Source: Lingula anatina
Lineage: Eukaryota > Animalia > Brachiopoda
Assembly: GCA_051362555.1 (NCBI GenBank)
Contig: CM120647.1
Coordinates: 11,570,651-11,634,650, forward strand
Direction of reading: 5' to 3'
DNA length: 64,000 nucleotides
Shown here in pieces: positions 1 through 12,700 of this stretch. The position numbers were made by a program, and so were the translations under genes. The notes below the pieces were generated by a model. It was not told where the DNA came from and did no database searches. It saw only the letters and a list, made by a program, of their open reading frames with translations. The number at the start of each line of letters is the position of its first letter. The stretch's first letter is position 1.

Positions 1-710
1 GTCATATGCAATGAAAGTTTTTTTTTAATTTCAAACCACGGATTCAACTGAATGTGCACAGAATGAATTATTCTGCACTCAACTGATTTGTAATCTCATC
101 TCCGCCCCCCCCCCCCCCGCCCCACAAATAGCTGCAATCTGGAATATTTCGTCAAAATCTTCGACCAACTTATCGACGTATCTTGTCCTCTAACAAACAG
201 ACAGGCAACCTCACACGCATGATGACTTATCCCCTTTCTTTGGTAGATGTACGATGGCAGGATATATACAGTTACAATGAAAATCAACCTTTGTACCCCA
301 ATTAGCGTTAAATATATAAAAACAAGTCATATTTTGCTGGATTTGAAGGGGAGTTGAATCAGAAACATTGGCAGAGAAGCAGGTGAGTGTCGGGATCGAC
401 TTAAGTTCAACAGAGATCCCTACACAATATGTAAATACTCTGTATACATGTATTAGTACATATACTGCACCGCCTTGGTACAGAACCCTATTACAGGTAA
501 GGGATTAGTATATAAAGCGTTGGCAAAGTGGAGATCAGGGAGATCGGGGAATAAATCACTCACAGGATCAGGCGCACAAGGTTTCAGCCTTATTACTAAA
601 GCGTTGACACTATCTTACGTAGATTCTTGCAGGGTTTCTAGTTTCGTCTTACGCCACGCAGTGTCGCCAGCCTCGTTTTAGCCTTAATGGGACAATCACA
701 CAACACTCAC

Positions 711-3700
711 CTTCACAGGTGCCATTGGTGAACCGATATCCTCTGCGACAGCGACAAGTGTATCTTCCGCGTCGGATCCTGCATACACCGTTTGGACCAC
801 AAATATCGGGGGTGGCTTCGCACACGTTGATTGCTGGAAAATCATAGATCATGTTGCACTAATTATAATCAAGGCATAGTACTCCAGAAATTTCTACAAA
901 AAAATTGAAGACTAGAATGATAATGAGGTACTGGATTTGGAATTTCTCCAAACCCATTGCGTTGGTTTACCGTTAGTGACACGCCTGGGCAGAGCATCAG
1001 ATGTAGCAAATAAACATAGTACTATAAGAAATAAAAATTAAGAAATAAGTCCTTCTAGAAATAAGGCATACGATTTAACTTCAAACATCGGTCCCTTTAA
1101 AATTTTTAAATAAAAATAAACAACTTAGCGTGACCATTTTAAGAACACACAGTTCCCTACAATACAATATGCCACTGTTTTCTCATTCCAAATATTTATT
1201 ACCTGTGCACGTGACCCCGTCTCCCGAATACCCAGTTATACATGCGCATGAAAACCCGCCGTCGGTGTTCGTACAGGTGGCTCTCTCGTCATGGCAGTTG
1301 TCGGTGTTGGCTGCGCATTCATCTATATCTGTGACATAAAAGTAAAAACATTAAGATAACACAGGTCTGTGGCAGCGAGATGTGATGAATGCACACAAAA
1401 TACTGCAAAGATACTGAAAAACTAGACAGCAAAGCTGACAAATATACAGACACCATACAAGAAACAAGGCAGCAAAGCTGACAAATGTTCAGACATTCAG
1501 ACCCAGAAAAGAGCAGTTATGGGACAAACGTCATGTGTCGACAGCGACGGCGAAGGCACGGACAGATAGACCAATCAATATATGCAGACAGTGTCTGTAT
1601 ATAAAAAACGAAATAAAAACGTAAATCGTTAAGCACAAAAAGCGGGAATTGTTTACGTTAAGCGCGATGAACATTTTCTGATTTTCATTAACTCCTTTCA
1701 AAAGAAACCTCAACATGACGCTATTTTGAAATTCTCACATTTCTTCTAGTACTTTTGGGAAACGGGTCCCAAGATAAGAAACTCACCTGTGCACGAGGTA
1801 TAGCCATCCCCAGTATAGCCAGAGCTGCAGGCACAGGTAAAGCTTCCCACAGTGTTAGTGCAGTCAGCGTTGGCGGCACAGGTGTGATTACCATCGGCAC
1901 ATTCGTCCACGTCAGCTGAAGTTATGATAGAATATGTTGTACGTGCAAGAGAATGTACGCAAGTAAAAATATACTCCACTAATATGCCATTTTACATTGT
2001 GTTTCAGCAAAATAATAATAATAACAATAATAAATAAATAAACAAATTATGTCTAATAAAAACAATGATGCTCGTTTATGTTTATTTAGCGCACTGTAAA
2101 TAACCATCTGGTATTACGTTATACGTTGATGGTTTAGAGTTTGGAGGATTAGATGAATGCATTTGGCTCATAATGGAATCTGACCGATAAAACAATGTAA
2201 AAAAAATCTATCTATCTATCTGTATATCTATATTGTTCCTACCTGTACACGTGACCCCGTCCCCAATAAAGCCAGGTCTGCAGGTGCACGTGAAGCTACC
2301 AGCAGTGTTCGTGCAGTCAGCGTCGTCATGGCAATTATCTGTCCCCGCTGAGCACTCGTCTATATCTGGAGATGCGAACGTAGAATGCTAAGTCAGTACA
2401 AATATCAGATTACAGAAGTACCCCTAAACACATCCTATTGTTATTTTTGTTAAACGGAACCTGGATAAAGATCGTGCCTTTGAGAAAACCTGACAAGTTT
2501 TGTGGCAATGTTTTTGTTTGTTTGTTTGTCTGTTTGTTTAACAAATGTAGCCTTTGTGAATAATCATTCCCTAAATATATTAATTCACTCACCTGTACAA
2601 GATGTTCCGTCTCCGGAAAACCCTGCATTGCAGGCACAAGTGAAACCTCCTACTGTGTTAGTGCAGGTAGCGTCGTCAGCACAGTTGTCAGAGTTTTCAG
2701 TACATTCATCGATATCTGTTTAAAACATGTCAACGGAAATAATTAATTAAATGAAAACAATGGAACAATAACATGAGTATACCTGGAGAATTCGACATAG
2801 TTGCTACAAAAAGCTAATACCGGTACTTATACATGCTGTAAGAAATGTTGTAAGAATGATAAAAACTGTGGAAAACATTGTGTAAAAAACATAACAGCAC
2901 ATTTCTATTATTGACAAGCACTGTAAACGAAAAAAAAAAAAACGAAATGAAGATAATCCATCAAGATATAATATTTTGTTTTGCACTAACACAAGAAAAA
3001 AAAAGATTAACCATTACCTGTGCATGTGACCCCGTCCCCAGAATACCCGGATGCACACGTGCAAGAAAAGCCGCCGTCAGTGTTTGTACATTGAGCATTT
3101 GCATGACAGTTGTCGGTATTATCAGTGCATTCATTGATATCTGTAAAAATACAGATAGTTTGGAGATAAATTATGCATTGCCCAAGGCAAAGCTGGAAAG
3201 CTGGCATCACAAATTTATAACTGGAACATTTTGTATGTTTTGGATGGCTACATGTAGGTCAGAGTACTGTACATGTTGGTATTTAGTTTTGGTTTAAAAC
3301 ACTTCAATATTTGTGAAAAATTATTAGACAATCGCATCAACAAATGCAGCTAGTGTATATCTATGCTGCATTTCTTTCCGTGTTAAATTTTACCTGTGCA
3401 CGTGACCCCGTCACCAGAATACCCGGATGAGCATGCGCAAGAAAAACCGCCGTCAGTGTTTGTACACTGAGCATTTGCATGGCATTTGTCGGTATTTTCA
3501 GTGCATTCATTGACATCTGAAAGTATGCAGAATAACTGGACTGTTTTTGCATTATGTCCATTTAGAAAAAATAATATTAATTTTATATCGAAATAAGAGA
3601 GGTGTTATTATAAAAATGGAACATTTCTGTGCAAGCTTGTCTTATGATCGAACTAAAAAAGTAAATAAAAACATTGAAAAATGTAAATATTTGTGCCTTG

Positions 3701-6700
3701 TGAAAGTCTTTTAAATAATCTATCCATTTTGATATTTACCTGTACACGTGACTCCATCCCCAGTATATCCGGATGTACAAGCGCACGTAAAGCTACCAAC
3801 AGTGTTTGTACACTGGGCGTTATCGTCACAGTTATCGGTGTTTGCTGCGCATTCATCGATGTCTGAAAAAAGGTGTCATAAATGTATCAACGTCATGGTG
3901 GCGGTTTGCATTCAAAGGGGGATATACGTGTATGAAATGAATAATTGCCAAGGATGTTTGTCAATTATTCAAAATGGTGGTCCAGAGAAAAGGATACACC
4001 AGTATCCTAAATCGTCATATATGGATAAATTTTATTTTTTTAACTTTTGCTCTTTTGTTATAGCCTTCAATAATGTCACTAACAATAATCAACAGTTGCT
4101 CAGAACTAATCTAAGCCTGCTGCTCTGCTTGTTGAGATATCACGGTAAAAGTAACCATCCTCGGGACTATAAACTCACCAGTACATGAGCTAGAGCCATC
4201 CCCAGTATAGCCAGCGCTGCAGGAACAGGTAAAGCTTCCCACAGAGTTAGTGCAGTCAGCGTTGGCGGCACAGGGGCTGGGTCCACTTGCAGCGCATTCA
4301 TCGATGTCTGAAAATAATACAGAATGGTTGGACGCTTGTGGCACTGGTATGTTCTCAAGTCAGAAAATTGAAACATTAAAATTTTAATTTTAAAACAGAC
4401 ATAGGTTGTACTGTACACATGTAAGGCGTTGACATAATAAATTTGTCACACTTGAATGTTTTTTTATAATATAGCTAGCGAGCGGCCATGTAATAAAACA
4501 TCTGACCTACATGTATTTTCAATTTTCATCGTGTTAAAATTTACCTGTGCAAGTGACCCCATCTCCAGAATACCCGGATGTGCAGGCGCAAGAAAAGCCG
4601 CCGTCAGTGTTTGTACATTGAGCATTTGTATGGCAGTTGTCGGTATTTTCTGTGCATTCATCGATGTCTGAAAGTATACAGAACGTGTGGTGAAACGTTT
4701 AGCACTGTCCATTACATAAGGATCATTGAACTTTGCCAAGGTACATGAACCAGTAAAGAAGAACAGAAACATGATTGTATCTATACACTTTTGTGGTTTT
4801 TGAAATAACAAATATTTGTAAAGTAAATTTATAGCCAGATTTAACGGAAGGATTTTCTTAACCAAATCATTTAAAGTATTTGATATCTTCAATATAATTT
4901 TCTCTATAATGACACTTACCTGTGCACGTGACCCCATCCCCAGAATACCCGGATGAGCATGCGCAAGTAAAGCCACCAACAGTGTTTGTACATTGAGCAT
5001 TTGCATGGCAGTTGTCGGTATTTTCAGTGCATTCATTGACATCTGAAACAATGAAAATGTTAATTCACACTCAAAATAAGAGATACAATCGTATCATTTT
5101 CGTCCTTTCTTTAATGATTCCTAAAAAAGTAAATAATAGCATTGGTAAATTGTAAACTACCGGTACATGTATGTACAGTGAACAGAAAACCTTTTTACTA
5201 AAAGTGCATCCGTGTTGATACATGTACATATAATTACCTGTGCATGTGACCCCATCTCCCGTATACCCGGATGTACAAGCGCATGTAAAACTCCCGACAG
5301 TGTTTGTACACTGGGCGTTTGCATTGCAGTTATCGGTGTTTGCGGCGCATTCATCGATGTCTGAAATAAAAGTGTCATTTCAACGTCACAACTGAAGTTT
5401 GTATCCAACGTAACCTAAAAATCAGTAATTTTGTGCAATAGATAAAAATGAATGTTTAGACATATATATAAATAAAATATATACATAAAATGTCAATTTT
5501 AATTAATTATTCATTCGCTTTTGCTCCTTTGTAACAGCAGCCAATAATGAAAAGGGGCATTACTCAGAAGTTTCTGGCCCGCTACTCGGGACACCAAGGT
5601 GCAAGAATGCGTTCACATTGAAGCTTTTGTTCCACATTGTGCACTCTTGTGACCAGTTAAACAAATAAGCACACCTCTTGTTTCCAACACAATCGTAAAA
5701 TCACCAGCTTTTTTGTATTCTACTTAACACCAGGAGGAGACGTTTTAATCGTTTTATCTGATTGCATTCAGCATTCAGCAAGAGTTCTCAAGGAGTAAGT
5801 GCGCACTATAGCAAGCATGGTACCGGTACAATGGAGATTCATTGCAAATGCTCCCTGAGAAACCATCCCTGGACTACTGTTAGAAAACACACCTGTGCAC
5901 GACGTATAGCCATCCCCAGTAAAGCCAGCACTGCAGGCACAGGTAAAGCTTCCCAGGGTATTTGTGCAGTCAGCGTTGGTAACGCAGGTGTGGGTACCAG
6001 CGGCACATTCATCCACATCGGCTGAAATTACGATAAAGATGCCTCGTAGATGTTTAAATATCTTATATTTTATGTGATAATGACACCTGAAAAGCTACGG
6101 TGTTGTACATGAAGATTACAGAGTCACCTAATATATCTGTTGCGGTAGTTTTAAAGTGCACAACAATTTTTTATGACCTGCATGGAAGCCACTTATGTAG
6201 TACAGTTTCATTAGTCATATATTTGAAATGACCAATAAAGTTTCCTTTGTCAATAACTCTGGAATGTTCACTGATTTTACCAGCCAATATTTTGTCTTCT
6301 GAAAGTCAAACTTCATTAAGAAAATGAGGGCTGCGATAGATATTATAAAGTAAAACCTATATAATCATATACCTGTACACGTGACCCCGTCCCCAATAAA
6401 ACCAGGTCTGCAGGTGCACGTGAAGCTGCCAGCAGTGTTGGTGCAGTCAGCGTCGTCATGGCAATTATCTGTCCCCGCTGAGCACTCGTCTATATCTGGA
6501 GACCCGAATGAACAGGGTAGAAAGCAAAATCAGTGAAATATCTGTACGAATTTGATATTTATCGACCAAAAGATGAAATGCTACAGTGAATTCAGCTAAG
6601 TTAAACAGAAATTAGATGTTTGTATCATACAAAAAACCTGTCACATTTTTAGTAATGTTTTTTTTTACAAAAAAGAAGGCCATTCAACTTAATAGTGCCA

Positions 6701-9700
6701 AAATACATGTATATTATTACACTCACCTGTACAAGATGTTCCATCTCCGGAAAACCCTGCATTGCAGGCACAAGTGAAACCTCCTACTGTATTAGTGCAG
6801 GTAGCGTCGTCAGCACAGTTGTCAGAGTTTTCAGTACATTCATCGATATCTGTTTAAAACATACCAACGGAAATAATTAAGTACATGAAAAATAATGAAA
6901 AAGATAAGTATACCTTCATAATTCTACAGTTACAAAATTTAATATTTACACAAGCTGAAAAAAATGGAGTGAGAGCGATAAAAACATAGTGCTGCTTTCT
7001 GAACATGTAGATCCATGATTGTAAAATAAAATTACAGCATGTTTGTATTATTGACACATTAAGTCAAGAGAAACAAGAGGAAGATGACCCAGCAGATATA
7101 ATATTTTATCGTTATGCACTCACAGAAGAAAGACAAAATATACCATTACCTGTGCACGTTACCCCATCTCCTGAATACCCGGATGTACACGCGCAAGTAA
7201 AGCTGCCGACAGTGTTTGTACACTGAGCATTAGCATTGCAGTTATCGGTGTTTGCGGCGCATTCATCGATATCTGAAAAAAGGTGTTATACATGTATCAA
7301 CGTCAAAGCTGAGATTTGCATTCAGACGTGACCGTATATCAGTAACTTGGTGCAACATAACATAGGACCTTGTTAGTGTATTCTAAGATCTAATAAACGG
7401 ATCTTAGGTGTATTAAATGGATAATAAACAGAGACACGTTTAAATTATTCGAAATGGAAGTCCAGACACATGGATGTATCGTAACTTGTTAAATATGGTT
7501 AATTTCTAATTATTTTAAAAACCTTTTCTCTTTTGTAACAGCTGTCAATACGGTCACCGACAATAACCAACAGTTAATCAGAACTCACTGAGCCACGCGG
7601 GTCTAAGGAACCATCACCTGACCTACTAACTCACCTGTGCACGAGTTAGAGCCATCCCCAGTATAGCCAGAGCTGCAGGAACAGGTAAAGCTTCCCACAG
7701 TGTTAGTGCAATCAGCGTTGGCGGCACAGGGGCTGGGTCCACTTGCAGCGCATTCATCGATGTCTGAAAATAATGCAGAATGGCTGGACGGTTATGGTTT
7801 AATTCCAAGTCAGAAAAAGGAAACTATTAAATCTTAAAGCTAAAATAGCTTATTGCACATGTGCTGTACGTTGGCACGATAGATTTCTATCATCTTTGTT
7901 CTTATTTTAGGAATAGCAAAAAGTAACTTATTGCATTTAAAAAACGTGTGCAGTGAAGCTCTTTTACTTAACAGTATCCATGTTAATATTTACCTGTGCA
8001 AGTGACCCCATCTCCCGAATACCCGGATGTACACGTACAAGTAAAGCTGCCGCCAGTGTTTGTACACTGAGCGTTTGCATTGCAGTTATCGGTGTTTGCG
8101 GCGCATTCATCGATGTCTGAAAAAAGGGCGTCATATCAACGTCAAAGCTGAGGTTTGCATTCCGACGTGACCGTATATCAGTGATTTGGTGCAACATAAC
8201 ATTGGACCTTGTTAGTGTATTCTAAGATCTAATAAACGGATCTTAGGTGTATTAAATGGATAATAAACAGAGACACGTTTAAATTATTCAAAATGGAAGT
8301 CCAGACACATGGATGTATCGTAAATTGTTAAATGTGGTTAATTTTAAATTATTTTAAAAACCTTTTCTCTTTTGTAACAGCTGCCAATACTGTCACCGAC
8401 AATAACCAACAGTTGCTCAGAACTCGCCGAGATACGCGGGACTAAGGAACCATCACCTGACCTACAAACTCACCTGTACACGAGTTAGAGCCATCCCCAG
8501 TATAGCCAGCGCTGCAGGAACAGGTAAAGCTTCCCACAGTGTTAGTGCAGTCAGCGTTGGCGGCACAGGGGCTAGGCCCACTTGCAGCGCATTCATCGAT
8601 GTCTGAAAAAAATACAGAATGGCTGGACGGTTATGGTTTAATATCAAGTCAGAAAAATGAAACAATTAAATCTAAAAGCTAAAATAGCTCATTGCACACG
8701 TGCTGTTCCCTATACGTTGACACGATAGATTTGTATCATCTTTGTTCTTATTATAGAATAGCAAAAAGTAAGTTATTACATTTAAAAAACGTGTGCAGTG
8801 AAGCTCTTTTACTTAAAGGGATAATAACTCTTCGTATGAAATCTGTATTTCACAATAAAAACATTGTGAATGACTCATGAAAATATAATATATCCTGTTT
8901 TCCCACAAAAACGGCTGTTATAGCTATTATTCTGATATCTGAGCTTGTCTTTAGACCACGTGACCTCCATTGATGGCTATACTCTGTTAAAATCTCTTAA
9001 GAGATTTTAACAAAAAACCAAACTTTTTAGAAAAAAACCAGGGACTAACTTTGAATGTAAAAATGGATTCATTTACCATTGGTCAGTATGGGAAAATTGT
9101 TGTTTACTCCAGGAAAATTCATTTTTTGGCCAAAACGAAGAGTTATTATCACTTTAACAGTATCCACGTTAATATTTACCTGTGCAAGTGACCCCATCTC
9201 CCGAATACCCGGATGTACAAGCACACGTAAAGCTGCCGACAGTGTTTGTACACTGGGCGTTTTCGTCACAGTTGTCGGTGTTTGCTGCGCATTCATCAAT
9301 GTCTGAAAAATGGTGTTATACATGTATCAGTGTCTTAGCTGAGGTTTCCATTCCACTGTGAGGTTAATGTTTATTTTAATTTATTTAATTTAATATGTTA
9401 ATGTTAATTTGGTGCAACAAAGCAAAGGATCATGTACTTTTATGAAATGAATAATCAACAAGGATACAGTGTATGTGTAACTTGTTACATAAGGGGCGTA
9501 TGGGTAACCTTATCTTTCATTTTTTAAAAATTATTGTTCTTTTATAAAATCGGTCAAAACTGAAAGCGACAATAACCAACAGGTGCTCAGAATTTCCTGC
9601 CTTCTGCACTGCTCCCTGAAATACGAGGGTCTAGGAAAACATCACCTGACTTACAAACTCACCTGTGCACGAGTTAGAGCCATCCCCACTATAGCCAGCG

Positions 9701-12700
9701 CTGCAGGCACAGGTAAAGCTTCCCACAGTGTTAGTGCAGTCAGCGTTGGCGGCGCAGGGGCTGGGTCCACTTGCAGCGCATTCATCGATGTCTGAAAATA
9801 ATACAGAATGACTGGACGGTTATGGTTTAATATCAAGTCAGGAAAATGAAACAATTAAATCTAAAAGCTAAAATAGCTCATTGCACATGTGCTGTACGTT
9901 GGCACGATAGATTTGTATCATCTTTGTTCTTATTTTAGGAACAGCAAAAAGTAAGTTATTACATTTAAAAAACGTGTGCAGTGAAGCTCTCTTACTTAAC
10001 AGTATCCATGTTAATATTTACCTGTGCAAGTGACCCCATCTCCCGAATACCCGGATGTACAAGCGCACGTAAAGCTGCCAACAGCGTTTGTACACTGGGC
10101 GTTTGCATGGCAGTTATCGGTGTTTGCAGCGCATTCATCGATGTCTGAAAAAAGGTGTCATACATGTATCAGTGTCTTAGCTGAGGTTTCCATTCCACTG
10201 TGAGGTTAATGTATAATCAGTAAATTGGTGCAACAAAGGATCATGTAATTGTGTGAAATGGATAATCAAAAAAGGATACAGTGTATGTGTTAATTATTCA
10301 AAATGGAGTACCAGACACATGAATACATATATTGTTACGTGTTATATACGGGGTGTACGGATAACCCTATTTCTTATTTCTTACGTTCCTTTTCTTTTGT
10401 AAGAGCGTTCAAAACTGTAACCAGCAATAACCAACAGGTGCTTAGAACTTTCTGCCTTCTGCATTTCTCACTGAGATACCACGGTCAAAGAAACTATCCC
10501 CCGGGACTACAAACTCACCTGTACACGAGCTAGAGCCATCCCCAGTATAGCCAGCGCTGCAAGCACAGGTAAAGCTTCCAACTGTGTTAGTGCAGTCAGC
10601 GTTGGCGACACAGGGGCTGGGTCCACTTGCAGCGCATTCATCGATATCTGAAAAAATGCAGAATGGCTGGAGTGTAATATCAAGGCAGAAAAATGAGGCA
10701 ATAAAATCTTAAAGTAAAAACGAAATTCTTGTTGTACTGGTACATTGTATATGAACGTGTAGTGAACGTTGGCAGGATAAATTTGTTACACTTTTGTGTT
10801 TTTTTAAGTAAAACCTCTTATCTACCTGTATAATACAACTCCCACCGTGGTTATATTTACCTGTACACGTGATCCCATTTCCCGAATATCCGGATGAGCA
10901 TGCGCAAGAAAAGCCGCCGTCAGTGTTGGTACATTGAGCATTTGCATGGCAGTTGTCGGTATTTTCAGTGCATTCATTGATATCTGGAAGATTGCAGAAT
11001 GTGTGAGGGAATGCCATGCTTTGTCCATTTATTAAGGCTCATTGGACTTTACCAAGGTAAGACAGAGAGAAGAATCATATTATCTAAATAGTTTTTTTGT
11101 TTTTTCAAAGTATTTCTGAAAGTAAATTTTAAACCACATTTTTTGGAATGCTTAACCCAACTAAAATCACTAAGTGTAGTTGATTCATTTAATTCATTTT
11201 TGTCTAAAATACCTGTGCACGTGACTCCATCTCCGGAATACCCGGATGAGCATGCGCAAGAAAAGCCGCCGTTAGTGTTGGTACATTGAGCATTTGCATG
11301 GCAGTTGTCGGTATTTTCAGTGCATTCATTGATATCTGGAAGTATGCAAAATATATGGACGGTTATGGTGTAATAACAATTCATAAAAAACAAAGAATTA
11401 TCAAAGTGAAATAGATAAGTTATTGTGAAAAAAGCAGTTCACTTTTGTGCTTTATTTACGGAATTCAGCAACAGACGGAAAAAAACAAGTTCTTACCTGA
11501 AGAACTTCTTACCTGTACACGTTCTTCCCTGCAACAATCTCTTCCCCGCAATAAATCTAAACCTGCACAAGTTCTAACCTGCAAATATTCTGACCTGTAG
11601 AAGTTCCTACCTGCACCAATTTCTTACCTGCACAAGTTCTCTCCTGCACAAGTTTTTACCTGCACATGTTCTTAGTGCCTGACACGTCGTTATCTGCACA
11701 AGTTCTTACCTTTATAAGTTCTTATCTGTGCAATCTCTTATACTGTACCTGCAACAGTTCTTACCGGTACCTGTACAAATTCTTACCTGCACAAGATTTT
11801 TACCTGCACCACTTCTTACCTGTGCACGTTCTTACCTGTACACGTCTGACCGTCCCCAGTATAACCAGCTCTGCATGCACAGGTAAAACCGTCGGCAGTG
11901 TCAGTGCAGTCTGCGTTTGCATCACAGTTGTGCGTGCCGGCGGCACATTCGTCTGTAGCGCCACCTATATATAGTTAAGGTAGATAATGATAATTGTAGT
12001 CATGTCATTGATATGAAGACTTGCAAATATATGACCTTGATTTTACAACCAGAAGACTATTTTTTCATTTATTTTTTTAAAGATTATGCAGTTTTTCTGT
12101 ACACATCTACGGCAAACCATAAATTATTCCCATTCAATTGACTATGAAAACCATTTACAAGCCTTAAAACAGAATTGTAATTTTTAGAAAAGGGAAAGAA
12201 AATCCATTTTCAACAAAAGTTTCCATGGTTACTTACCTCCGCAGCCTCCGGAGATCTCACATTCTGTCTCAGTGACTGGAATGGAGAGATTATGAATTAT
12301 TTCTAAATTGACATTTTTTTAAATATGGAGTCAGGGCGCCGCCCATCTTCAGTATATAACCCAGTACGGTAGTACGTGGCGCGTTAAGAATGACATTACC
12401 GTTGTAGCGAAACTGCGAGTCCGTGTAACTGAAATTCCTCTCTCCATTTAGTTATAATGGTTAGGGTTAGCACAAGGGGGTCAAAATCTAGGGAGGGGCT
12501 GACCTGTACAAACAAATGGGAAGCGGACTCTCTATCATTGGGGACTCTCCGTCACATTACAAAAATGTACACCTGTACTACTACTACTGTGATTCATAGG
12601 GTGCAATATACTATGAGTATCTTCGCTAAGAAAGTTATGTTTTCACGTCTGTCTTTTTTATTTTTTAAGCACCTAACTCAGAAAGTTATAAATAGACTTT

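Noticed and set aside
1-710. Possible terminal exon of the CAP-EGF gene, and a + strand GCAG|GTGAGT donor-like site at about 383
   Set aside because: I could not identify a convincing in-frame exon; the gene may continue outside the window
9458-10282. CACTGTATCCTT (U12-donor-like) on the minus strand in EGF introns at about 9465 and 10275
   Set aside because: Mid-intron, with no matching CCTTAAC branch site near the next acceptor; the flanking exons already use normal U2 sites
1203-11964. Regularly spaced repeats with a CRISPR-like rhythm
   Set aside because: The repeats are 123-129 nt spliceosomal exons with GT-AG borders, the spacers are introns, and there are no cas genes
1130-11974. Many 60-195 aa ORFs on both strands (e.g. 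4464-5051, 2878-3297, 3748-4188)
   Set aside because: They are off-frame or antisense read-throughs of the EGF exons plus intron sequence; the true frame is the Cys-rich one
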